Shown: positions 25,958 through 37,915 of the stretch, one piece after another | Position numbering within the stretch: position 1 is the first letter of the stretch | Layout of the letters: each line of letters starts with the position of its first letter | Assembly (NCBI GenBank): GCA_044892505.1 | Contig: CM097883.1 | Location: 388,368,001 to 388,432,000 of the forward strand | Origin: Schmidtea nova | Lineage: Eukaryota | Direction of reading: 5' to 3' | Length of the DNA stretch: 64,000 nt | Translations under genes and position numbers: made by a program | Notes under the pieces: model-generated | What the model saw: the letters and a program-made list of their open reading frames with translations, nothing else | The model's database searches: none | What the model was told of the DNA's origin: nothing

Positions 25958-26792
25958 CAGTAGTTCCCAAATTGGTACCAGTCCAGACCTACTATTAAAA
26001 CCGTAAAGTTTTTGCGACTCACTTGTAAAAAACAAGGAAAAAAGTAAAAACTTAAATTTTTCTAATTATTAAAAGCACATATTTAAGCATGATTAAGAGA
26101 TGCATAAAATGAATGAGCTTGCTTTCTATTTTTGGCAATATCATCTTTGAACTATACTTTTGTATTGCGGCAAATTAATTAAAAGCAAATTAATATGCAC
26201 ATAACTAATGCGAAAAACTTCACCTATAATACACGTGGGTGGGTGTACACCTACATGTCACTCATAATTATATTTGGTTTATTATTGTTTAGCCATTTTC
26301 TGAAATGATATGAAATCTCTATACAAGCTTTGAAAGACTATTTTTGTCCTACACTTTTATTTTTATTTAATTTTAAAACATTTTCTAGGAACTGTTTATG
26401 ATTTTTTAACATGTTTTGGGAATTATATACAATAAAGATAAGTTTAAAATCATTTTAAGGATTTTCTATTTATTTCTGAAATATTTTTTTGGATATTCCA
26501 AGAAATCTTGCTCAACGGAAGTTGTTTTCGCCATTTACACGACATTGGTCATTATTAATTATGTTTTATTTCTATTCTAGAAATGGTCAACAAATATTTT
26601 TATCGATAAATCTTTCCATCAGTAGTTCCAAAACTTTAACCAATCAAAACCCACTATTAAAACCGTAACATTTTAGCGACCCATCTGTAAAAAACAAGGA
26701 AAAAAGAAAAACTTTAATTTATATATTTATTAAAAGCACATATTTAAGCATAATTAAGAGGATGTATGAGATTAATGAGCTTGCTTTATATT
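25958..26792 (+). repeat. Two diverged direct copies of a hAT-MITE-like 5' segment (about 25958-26133 and 26620-26792)
   Basis: Both start CAGTAGTTCC(C/A)AAA and share CTATTAAAACCGTAA, TGTAAAAAACAAGGAAAAA, ATTAAAAGCACATATTTAAGCAT and AATGAGCTTGCTTT. Confidence 0.6.
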
Positions 26793-28273
26793 TTTAATTT
26801 AATATAAATTATTAAAACCAATTAAGATTCATGCTCGAGATAAATTTTAAGAATATTTTAAACTTATTCATTGAATTTAGAAATAATATAGCCACTCTGT
26901 GGTAAAAATTGATCTATTAAAAGTATTCAAGAATGAAATTTATAAAGTACTAAATTATATTTCAAAAAATTTCGCCCTGAAAAACCAAAAGCAACAACCT
27001 CAGATAATGACATAAGAAAAGAGACGAAGTTAGCCATGAAACCCAGTAAACCTATCTCGGTATTAAGCATTTAATAATCAGCGTTTAATTTAAAATATGA
27101 TTACTCACTTGGTCAATGGTAAGTTCTAAATGGTTTATTTTTCAAGAGTGATACCTTGATCGTTGTTTCGTAGTGTTTCTAAAACGTCTTTAGATTTATG
27201 GAACATATAATTATCCATAATAAGAAGTATGATTGGATGCAGTCGAAAATATGGCTTTAATTGCTTATTTATAATATCAATAAAACTTAAACTAATAAGC
27301 ACACCAGTCTTAAACTTATAAGTTATGACACCATTTATAAAAGTAGCACAAATACGACTTTTGTTTCTATTATTATTTTATGGAATTGTCATGTAAGCTT
27401 TTGTATTTTTTGTTGAATATCCGTAGTTTCTTGCAGTAATGTGCCCCCTGACTCATCGTTAAACAAAGACAATGACGTCATCGATGACTCATAACAAAGA
27501 CATACCCCCGCCCGGGAGAAATTTTCTTTATGACTCATCGCGATGACTTATTTCAAATTTAAATTTCCAAAGGTCAAATAATGTCAAACCTTCAAATAAG
27601 GGTATCATTCGAAAGGTCTTTGAGAGGTCTATACAATGGTCATACCCTCGAAGGTTTATGTCTCCAAATTGAAGCTTGTCAGAGATAAACCAAATTCTAA
27701 TCCAATATTCTTAGACATATAGTTCTCGCGTCTATTCTCTCCTTTGGAACCAATGACAATCTTTTCATTTTTAGTTTTAGTTTTCGCAGTTTGTTTGAAA
27801 TGGTTCGTTGTGAAATAGTAAAGTTATGTAATTTTGCTTTTTCAATTTGAAAATCTTTATTTTTGGGTTAAAACGTTGTTGCAAGGAACGATAATGGAAT
27901 GTTTTTGTTTAATTTTGGTTAAAGAATCATTTTTTATACTACTGGTTTCTTTAGCCTTATCGTTTGATGCCATAAAAAATATTCACATTTGTGTTTTTTA
28001 TAATATTTCTGACCGTTTATCTATCAAGAATAAAAATTTATGGAAAATCTTGATATTTTTACTGGTTAATTTTGAAATTACCAGATTGTAAATATCTTTC
28101 GTAAAATCCTTCGCATTTTTCTTAGCATTAAAGGGTCTACAGATTCTCAAAGTTGTTTGAAATTAACCTTATAGTAGGAGAATTTTAATTTTAATTTTTT
28201 TACTTAAAACTTCCAATATCAACAGACCATAAGACTTGAATGAACTTGTCGATATAATTCAAATATATATATA

Positions 28274-28309
28274 TACACACTTGATAAAGGCTGTGCCGAA
28301 ATATTGTGT
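28274..28309 (+). ncRNA. Minimal hammerhead-like motif with a U3-A8 variant core
   Basis: Parses as ACAC-UUGAUAA-A-GGC(UGU)GCC-GAA-AUAU-U-GUGU: 4-bp stem I, 3-bp stem II and palindromic AUAU. The architecture is the same as the motif at 22002. Confidence 0.5.
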
Positions 28310-28363
28310 TATTGTTTATATAAAAAAAAATTTTGATCTATAGTCATTATGAGAATTATTGAT

Positions 28364-28422
<59 letters not shown>

Positions 28423-28629
28423 CATAATTATCTTTTTTCACCTTTGATCTTTTTTTATTATTATTATCAATAATTCTCATAATGACTATAGATCAAAATT
28501 TTTTTTTATAAACAATAACACAATATTTCGGCACAGCCTTTATAAAGGCTGTGCCGAAATATTGTGTTATTGTTTATAAAAAAAAATTTTGATCTATAGT
28601 CATTATGAGAATTATTGATAATAATAATA
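28274..28629. repeat. Hammerhead-bearing short repeat: three copies (+,-,+), a (TA)26 tract and a perfect 174-bp palindrome
   Basis: Copy A 28274-28368 (+), (AT)n 28368-28419, copy B 28421-28542 (-), copy C 28543-28629 (+). Confidence 0.9.
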
Positions 28630-31544
28630 TATATATATAAAATTCAAATTACATATGTAAAGTTGATTAAAAGTTTGTTTAATTTTTTAAAAATATTGTG
28701 TAACTGATAATAATGTAGACCGCCTGTAGACAGGCTTGTCTGTTAGATGGTTGTTTTTAGCAAATTGAATGGAATTATTTTGCGAAACAAAAAATTTTTA
28801 ATTAATTTTATTGTGATTCTACAGAAGTTATAACNNNNNNNNNNNNNNNNNNNNNNNNNNNNNNNNNNNNNNNNNNNNNNNNNNNNNNNNNNNNNNNNNN
28901 NNNNNNNNNNNNNNNNNNNNNNNNNNNNNNNNNNNNNNNNNNNNNNNNNNNNNNNNNNNNNNNNNNNNNNNNNNNNNNNNNNNNNNNNNNNNNNNNNNNN
29001 NNNNNNNNNNNNNNATTTTGTTCGCTTCTAATATTTTTATTTTCAATTTCAAATCATTTCATATTTTTATAATTTTATCAAAATGTTTTTATTGGTACAT
29101 GCATTCTCGGTACCAAAAAAGGCAGTACGGTAAATTCGTGTATCAATTAAAAAATTGACTTATCTTAATAAAATGAAATTATCTGAAATATAAACATTTA
29201 ATTATTGTTATGGACTCTCCGAATGAAACTGGTCATGACTTCGTTCATAAACTCTGCAGCATTAAATTTAATTATATTTCCACATGCATTATTTTCCGAT
29301 TCATGTCAAATTACACCATTCATATATTCAATCTAATGCTCTACGCAGTTCTCTGCTTATAGTAGATTCAAATTGGAAATGACATATTTTCCATTAAGCC
29401 AAAAATTAATTTAATTTAATTTTAATTTTAATTAGAACTAAAAATAGATAAACTATGAGAAATTATTCTACAGTGAATAATAAGAAAACATAATGAACTT
29501 TTCGATATAATATATATATACATATGTAAAGTTGATTATTTCTTATGGCGGTGTTTGTGTGCGCGTGTGTTTCGATGATTCATTTGGTGGATTAGGCATG
29601 ATATCGTCATCACATGCACAACCATCAGCAATACGTTTTATTAATTACCATTAATGCATTGTTAGCTATGTCAACCATCTCACTATTATTATCTTTGGAA
29701 AAAATAAAAAAACGCAATATATTTTTTCTAATTTCAACATATTTTAAAGTTGATAGAAAATAGATGGAAAAATCAAGTTATTGGTCCCTATGTACAATCA
29801 TTTTTTGCAACGGATGCATATAATACTATATTTCAATTTGTCTGTTTACTTAAGAAGTGCGTCATTATAATTTGTTTCAAATTCTTTGATCATTTCACAG
29901 ATTTTTCTGATATCTTATATGTTAATTCATTAATATTTGAATATCAGTTAATACTGGTTAAGTTACAATGTTTTTCATCATTTAAGATTATTTTCCCCCT
30001 TAATAATGCAATATTCAATCTCAACATGTTGAGTTTTAATTTATAATATCTTCACTTAACAAGACAGCTTATGGTTTCCTGGTAAAAGAGTGTTACCCTT
30101 TGAAAATTCAAAAATAAAGTTATGATTGATTAAACAAACAAGCATTCATCTGAACATTCTAGTCAAGTAGCAGAACTCACGAAAAATTCCTATTTAATTA
30201 AAAATAGGTGAAATTCAACATTGTCTTTTGGCAATGATTCTTTTTAAAATGTGTTTTGTGTCCTGATAAATTTATAAATTCCGAGTTACTCCCTTTGACC
30301 TAGGGAGGAGGGCGTTAATTATTTTTCAAATAATCAGCCTCATACAGTATCAGCCAAACTATACTTAATGGTATCATTGAAACCATAAATTATGTTTTCT
30401 GAATAACTTAGCTGTTGTCTGAATCAAAGATACAAATAAAATTTAGTAATCATAAGACAATGAGATTGTAGCGTCTATTGAACAAGCGTTTCTAAAATAT
30501 TTATAGAAGACAGTTAAACTGATTTCACTGAAATTAGGTAGTAATTGACAAAATTCTCAATCAATTCTCCAGGTCATTTTTCATTTTTTGATGATGAAGT
30601 CACATTTTACATTGTCATATTGAGGGGATCAAACACGATAAAAGTTTGGGAACACTTGAGAGATTCGCCTAAATGAAATCATCTGATGTGCTTTTAGTGA
30701 CAACTTTTATTTTGCATGTTAAAGAATTACTTTCTTAAATTTAGATTCACAGTTTTTCTTCAAAAATGGTGCGAATTTAGTGAACCTTTGAGCAGGATTT
30801 TTCACATTAGTTGGATTAAACAAAGTTACCAAATTATTTAACCACCTCATATTGGTCACCATTATATTTTGGGGCATATTAAACCAAAGTTTTATTTTTC
30901 CATATTATCCTTGTAACAAGATAATAAAAGTTCTAATTACTGAAAACGAATGCAGAACGTGTGCGAGGACTTCCTCAAACAGATTGTTTTTTCTATTCAA
31001 AAAGCTGATTAGTGTTTCAAAATTAAATATATTAAATTCTGAATAAATTTATCTGCTTTTGTATTTTAGAAATTATTATATTTTTCTTAGTTTTTCAAAA
31101 AAAAATTGATTTAAAAAGTATAAAATGTATGCTTTTAAAAATTGTTATCAAAATTGTCATTTTAAAAATATAAAACAATGATTCTGTCTATGCGTGGGCG
31201 TGAATGTAAGTTTAGTTAATTTAAATAAAATGCACTGCAAATCATTGATAACTACTGATTTAAAAATTGAATTTACGTGCAATCATATAATCAATAAAAT
31301 GCGAGAATTCATGTTTAAATAATATTTCGGGATTTATAAATTGATTCGTTTATGATTTAAGAAATAAATTTTAATTTCTTCGAAAAAGCACTTGGGATGA
31401 TCTGTAAGATATTTTAAGTTAAACGGTTAAGTTTGCTGACATCAATGAAATCTATTTAAAAAAGAAAAAATCGGCATTAAAAAATTTTTTTAATCAACAT
31501 TTATTATTTATAATAGATATATTATTTTTTATTTATCAATTAAG

Positions 31545-31655
31545 AACGTCAAAGGTTATAATGAAACTCAACAGGAATCATTACGTATCATTCAAGAAAG
31601 AGTCCAGGAAAATAAAAAGGCTGTGATTAAAAATCAGGATGCTGATTTAGCTCAT
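31545..31655 (+). CDS. PPP1R37: PPP1R37-like exon (post-LRR helix)
   Basis: AAG acceptor, 111 nt, phase 0/0. Reads NVKGYNETQQESLRIIQERVQENKKAVIKNQDADLAH, then GTAAAT. Resembles the VKSFIETQ..L..IQ segment that follows the LRRs in PPP1R37. Too short for the ORF track. Confidence 0.7.
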
Positions 31656-32527
31656 GTAAATAATTAAATTTTGATTCTTTTAAGATTTATTCTATTTTAT
31701 AATTTTAATTGTCAACAAATATTTAAATAAAATAATTTGTAATAGATGAACAAATTATATCATGATATTTTGTATATTCAAATATTATTATTAAAAAATT
31801 AAAAAATGCAGTTATAAATAAGTTTTAACGCGTTAAATAGGATTACTGAATTGAAAAACAAGTATAATTTAATAAATTTAATATTAAAAATAACTGACAA
31901 ATATTAAAATAGCATGTAAGGTGAAAAATTGAAAGAAATGTAAATTTAGCATAATATTTAATTTTGGAATGTTTTCATGCAATTTAGGGATAAGCGCCAA
32001 TGTTTAAAGATTTTGGATTGAAATCAAGTATACGAATATGTAGTGTAGTGGGTCTTGAAACCGACCTGGCTAGCTTTCATATAGGTACCGTTCATTATTC
32101 CGCGATTATCTATAATTTTTTATCTGAAAAATTGAGAAAAGACTTGAGAACAAAAAGTATTTGAAATTGATTTATTTATCGCTATGTTTACTCTGTCGTA
32201 AAGACTCAAAAATTGGTTTTCGATATCGCAAACAATAAACTTGAAAAAATAATACATGTCCTTTTTATTTCTTAGTATTTATAACTCCAAGCTCTTTTAT
32301 TAAGTTTTTATTATTCATCAGAGGTTTCAGGATTCCAGAACTTTTTATAAGATTCATTATTTCTTTCCAGAGTACTGGCCTATTTTAATGTTTTCAGCTC
32401 CTTGGCCTATCAGTCATTGCCCAACTGCTCATATGATCAATTCACTCATGTACGTACAAAAATGTTCTTTGCAGTGACGTTTTATCTAAACAAATCATAA
32501 CAACCTTTAAAAGTAGGCAAGATTTAC

Positions 32528-32774
32528 AGTGCAGTGGTTCTCAACTTTTATAAAATAAGGTCTTAATATTGAAAAATTCGAGGTACCATTATATTTTTTA
32601 TTATTTCAGTCATTTTTAATAGCAGACACAAAGAATTTTTTTATGGTTTACTCAAAAATATTTATAAAACATAGTAAGGAAAAACATAGTAAGGAAAAAA
32701 ATAAATTTAATGTAAAGTCATTTTTTGAGTTTGTTCTACGAAGTTCGCGTAACCCCGATGAGAACCACTGCACT
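32528..32774. mobile_element. hAT-type MITE
   Basis: 16-bp perfect inverted ends AGTGCAGTGGTTCTCA / TGAGAACCACTGCACT. CAGTGGTTCTCAA is a typical hAT (Charlie/Buster) terminus. No TSD resolved. Confidence 0.65.
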
Positions 32775-34559
32775 AATGGAATGAGAGAAATAAATTAAAT
32801 ATTTTTTCGAATATATTTATTTTGAAAATGTATTTTTATTTTGAATTATTTTATGTGATTTATGAATTGAACAAATTTGATTTTCAACTATTTGGTTCGC
32901 AAGTATATTTTTAAGTAATGAAACATGGGTGCTAGATTTGCAGTTTTGATAGAAAATATTAAGTAGAAATCTAATTTTGGCATTCTGGATTTTTGTTTTT
33001 CAATTTTAACTAGCCACTTCTTTATTAATTTACACCGACAATTGAGAATAATTAACGACGTATAGAGCACCTTTTTAGAGACTTTCCTAAATTAATGATC
33101 ATCTAAACTCATGCTGTTATTTTTTGCTATTGCATTTTAATTATTAACACATTGAAAACCGAAAATATTTTTGAAACTTACCTCAGCGGTTGGCTATTTT
33201 TCCAGCGGATATTTTTGGCAGTCAACTATTAATGAGTTTATATCTCATGCAATCTAAAACGATAAATAATAAAAAGAAACTTGAAATAAATCTAGATTTA
33301 TATATCGATAACTAATGTAAACAACTAAATCGACGAAATAATTCAAATAGGCCGCAGCCGGTAGCATCTAAGGATGCAGTGCAGAAAACACGATTTAAAA
33401 TATGTTTCATAAAGACGAATTCTTTACAAGGCTACGAAATGTTTTAGCACAATGACTGATATTCGACTTGATAGTGTAATAGTAAAGTTCTCCTGCTTGA
33501 TTGTATTGCCCCTATCTTCGATTCCAGTTGGGATTGAGTTTCTTACATATTACTAATGAGAGTTGAATAAGTTAGTATGTCTTTAGATATTGCATCAACT
33601 GTCATAACACGCTTTCGTTTAATTACGTTAATCACCTGTTCACCATGTAATTCCATACTTCAACATGCGTCTATTAAACTTAAAAAAAGAAACCAAAAAA
33701 GGTAAAGAAACAGTCCAATAAATTTTGAAATAATCAAGCTACAAGTATAATGAAATTCATGTTAAGAACGAAAGATGTAACGAAATGTATACTTTTCCTA
33801 TTAATGTTTGGATTCAATTCGCTCAATTGATGATTGCAAATTCAATAATAAAATTTCAGATTTTCATTGGAAAATAGTGAAATCTCATTTTTCGTATTTT
33901 ACATAATTGAATGGTTTTTGATTTGCTTATTTTCTTTTATATATACACGAACTTTGTTTTCAGAATTTCCTGAATTAGATACATTTTTAATGTAAATAGT
34001 TTTTCCATGTCCATTAAATTGAATCCATCAAAAGTAACTGATTGGATATCATAATTAGAGCTTGACTTCCTATAGTCAACATAATCGAAGTCCGGAACTG
34101 ATTTTCATAAAAGATTTGAAACTATCGGGAAATGGGCATTTTATTCAAATTATCCTTTCTATAATTTAGTTAAATATCTTTATTAATTGACACGAATTGA
34201 ATTATTTATAATACTTTTAAAAATTAATTTCTAGTCTTTATCGACTAAAATTATCTAAACTTTACATAGGCATAATTTTAAGCATAATTGTAACTCTATG
34301 GAAGTTAATAATTTTGTAATTATCTTATTCCCGTTTTGTGTTAATTAATTTAATTGAGCCTTCTGAAAAACATTTAAGCCAGTGAGGAATATTTTGAATT
34401 TTGTTTAAAATTTTCCCTCTGTCTCATTTGATAACTGACAAAACAAGAGTTTTTAAAAAAAAGTTTTGAATTTTTATTAAATTGTACATTCCATTATTAT
34501 CCAGCGATGTTGAAAGAATTTCTAACCATTGGTTATAAATTGAGAGAATTTCAAGAAAA

Positions 34560-35953
34560 TACTTTAATTTTGTATGCTGTATGCCAAGGATGCACAGACT
34601 TTTCCGTATGTGTGCCACATTTTGTAATAATACATTCTATGAGGGCCACATTTGGAAAAAACACCTAATCTGTAGTAATACCAGCAAGTTTTTTTTAAAT
34701 CAAGGCCAGCCTTTTCACATTCGTTTAGTAAACTCGTCAGCAAATCACTTCCAGTCGTACGGTCTTTTAATGAACTTACCGCCAATAATTCTTCATAAAT
34801 TTCAAAATTATTAGTTACAACACGGAAAAATATCATCAATTGTGCCGTTGAAGAAATATCGGTTGACTCATCAATAGCCAGAGAAAAATATCTAATATCT
34901 TCAGTTTTTTCCTTGAACTGATCAAAGATGTCATCAGCCATTTCAACCACTTGACGCTGAACTGTTGTCCTGCTCAAAGATATATTTTCAACCTTTTTTG
35001 TTATTTCAGGAGAAATTTTTTTCCCACTGTTAATAAACACTGTTTAATAAATTCTCCTTCAGTAAAAGGCCGACTTGTTTTAGTGATCAACAATGACAAA
35101 TCGTAGCTAATTTCAGAAACGACTTCTGATTCTTTATGTAATTTTTTAAAAATCTGTTGCTGAGCAGTAATACCACGTTTAAAGCAATTGATCTTTTCTT
35201 CTCGTGATATGCCCACAATATTCTCATATTCCGGATGTGTTGTAATATGGTGCCTCTTTATGTTAAACTCCTTCATACAATTTATCTTTATTTGATAAAT
35301 CAAGCATATAACTTTATTATTGTGTTCGAACACAAAATATTTATCAGTCCAACAATTATTAAATTTCCTGTTTTCGGTTTCCAATTTTTGTTTGATTGCA
35401 ATCATTCTCTTGCAGGGCTAATAGTAATTAACATTTATAAAACTTAGTTAATTAAAAAATATATAAAATAAAAACTTACATAGTTATTGTAATTACCACC
35501 CCACAGAAAATTAGAAGGCGTTATTTTTTAATTTTATATTATAAAATTTATAACTAGCTGTTTATGTTGCGAAGATTTTTTGAATTCTAGCTTGGTGCAA
35601 ACAAATACTTTGTAGTTAGAACTTTTATTAAATCTGTGCAATTTATATTAAATCTGTAATATTACAAAACACAACATTTTCGAAAAGTTTCTTGAAGATA
35701 ACCAAACAAAAAATCGTTATATGTATTGAAATCACCCATCAGAATAATTTTTAGTGTAATAAAAAGTGCTGTAATTTCAAATTTTTTAGGGCACTTGCAA
35801 TTTCTAAAAACTGAAAATGTATTTTTTAGTGCTGCAATTTCTGAAAATGTAGGCATTTTTTAAATAAATATATTAAATAAATATACACGAGGGCCTCACA
35901 AATTGTCCAAAAAGGTCGCATAAGGCCCGCGGGCCGCACTTTGTGCATCCGTG
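34560..35953 (-). mobile_element. hAT (SPIN/Buster, GTF2IRD2-like) transposon, 5' half, degenerate
   Basis: Reads KQKLETENRKFNNCWTDKYF..VICLI..KEFNIKRHHITTH, then ISLSRTTVQRQV..YFSLAIDESTDISSTAQLMIFFR..EELL, then KLAGITTD after a frameshift. The terminus is CACGGATGCACAAAGTGCGGCCCGCGGGCC. Confidence 0.85.
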
Positions 35954-36081
35954 CTGTATGCAAATCAACTTTATTATTTGTTATTTTTGATTTTTGATTT
36001 TTAATTAATTTCAAACTTTAGATGAAGAAACATAAAATTTTTACTCATTTTTGATTTTATTAAAAATAAATTAAGGAAAAG

Positions 36082-36084
<3 letters not shown>

Positions 36085-36146
<62 letters not shown>
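36085..36146. repeat. (TA)n microsatellite
   Basis: Direct reading. Confidence 0.95.
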
Positions 36147-36151
<5 letters not shown>

Positions 36152-36299
36152 AAATTTTGTGTAATATCAGAATCTAATAATTTGTCTTTTAAGAAAAATG
36201 AAAAATTTATCTCACTGATTTAACATACACAATTTCTGAAATTTATTAAATAAATTTTTGAATGAATAAGTTTTAAAATTTAATACTTTTATAATCTAG

Positions 36300-36561
36300 A
36301 ATTGTCCAAGTCTTTCAAATAATGTATACGCAGTAAATGAAACATCTGATTCTCAGATTATGTTGCCAAATGATCGCTTTGCAGAAAACATAGTTCCAGA
36401 GCAATTCGACATGGAAACTAGTAATGCATCTCTTGGCAACATATCAGACGTCGAAGAGCCCCATACAATGGTTAATGGTCCCCCGTCTTACGAGGAAGAT
36501 GTATTAATTAATAATAATGTTTTGATTAATAATTTGTCCTTGAATTTGTCATCCGAAATGG
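36300..36561 (+). CDS. PPP1R37: PPP1R37-like exon (acidic low-complexity C-terminal region)
   Basis: TCTAG acceptor, phase 0. Reads NCPSLSNNVYAVNETSDSQIMLPND..NGPPSYEED..SSEM, then G|GTATGT (phase 1), which matches the phase-1 acceptor at 47581. An alternative donor at 36501 would not keep frame with 47581. Confidence 0.6.
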
Positions 36562-37915
36562 GTATGTTTAACTGAATAAATAATTACATTTAACATTATT
36601 TATTTAATTGAATCCAATAATTTCTTTAAAATAATTTTTATTATTTATTATTTATTTAAATTATTTATGTGTTATAACNNNNNNNNNNNNNNNNNNNNNN
36701 NNNNNNNNNNNNNNNNNNNNNNNNNNNNNNNNNNNNNNNNNNNNNNNNNNNNNNNNNNNNNNNNNNNNNNNNNNNNNNNNNNNNNNNNNNNNNNNNNNNN
36801 NNNNNNNNNNNNNNNNNNNNNNNNNNNNNNNNNNNNNNNNNNNNNNNNNNNNNNNNNNNNNNNNNTTTTTATTATTAAGCAGCAACACAAATATACTAAA
36901 TTATTTCTAGTTGCATATATCTTTTATTTATAAAACTTAAAAATGGACATAAATATTAATCTCAATCAACAAAGTAATACATAACATTGCTAATTTTACG
37001 GTTATGTCCAACCTCTTTCTGGACACCGGTACATTGACTTGAAAACCGGGACGTCTTGCAACCCTATTTTGGGATCATAACATGAAAAGATTTTTTTAAA
37101 AGGAGCTAATTCTATTGTTCAAGCACTTTTATTTAATTTATCACATACTTTTATTGTATCAGATGATACCCCCTCTCAAATTCTCCTAACCAATCCACAA
37201 AAAATGTAACTGTTCGCTTAGTTTGTTTTCTCATTCTAAATCAAGCTGGAAATTATTTATATCATTCTTATGTTGTTGTATGCTAAGTTTGATTTGTTTT
37301 AATGAATACTTTTCGACAACATAATAATCTTCTGCTGGATTTTATTCCAAATCAACTATATTTATCTTTTAAAAATTTTGAAAAAATATTTCGTTTTGAT
37401 AAATTTGATTTCAATCAATAAAATATCGATTGATTGAAAGTTTTGATCCAGCACACTTATTTAGATCTCTCATGCAACTTATCAATATCGCACGCCGTTT
37501 TTACCATTGTCACTTGAACTTTATATTGTGGAATTTGACTGTGCACTTCGTTTATGTATTTGAATAATCTTTATTGTAGTAATTGATATTTCGGGTCCAG
37601 ACTTATCTGCACAACAAATCTTCTATAAGAAAATTTTAAAATTTTCCTTATGCACAATGTACATGTCAGTAGAACAATTTCTATGATTTTTTTCCATTTT
37701 GTTTGAAAATGGTTTTCGGTTGTGTATTATATTATATATTTTGCTTTATCATTACCAGTAATCAACGCACTAAATTTCTATTTTACCCTTTTTGTGAATT
37801 ATATGATTTTCTTTTTGTAATTATTTAATGGAATAGCTGTTTGCCTTCAGACTTTCTTAACAACTTTAAAAGCAAATTTCAATGATACTAAAAAGTGTTA
37901 CAAAATCATGCTCGC

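Noticed and set aside
28827-28834. GTTATAAC immediately before two gaps (also 36671-36678) and GTTAT before a third (59104-59108)
   Set aside because: Probably technical: a linker remnant (loxP arms begin ATAAC and end GTTAT) or a shared collapsed repeat. It cannot be resolved without raw reads.
29280-29390. Minus-strand STISRELRR, resembling the bacterial IS30 HTH
   Set aside because: The context (RRALD*IYEWC) fits a decayed LINE RT fragment at least as well. It is too short, and no IS30 DDE domain is nearby.
32037-32105. tRNA A-box-like TAGTGTAGTGG
   Set aside because: No convincing B box or cloverleaf. At most a decayed SINE head.
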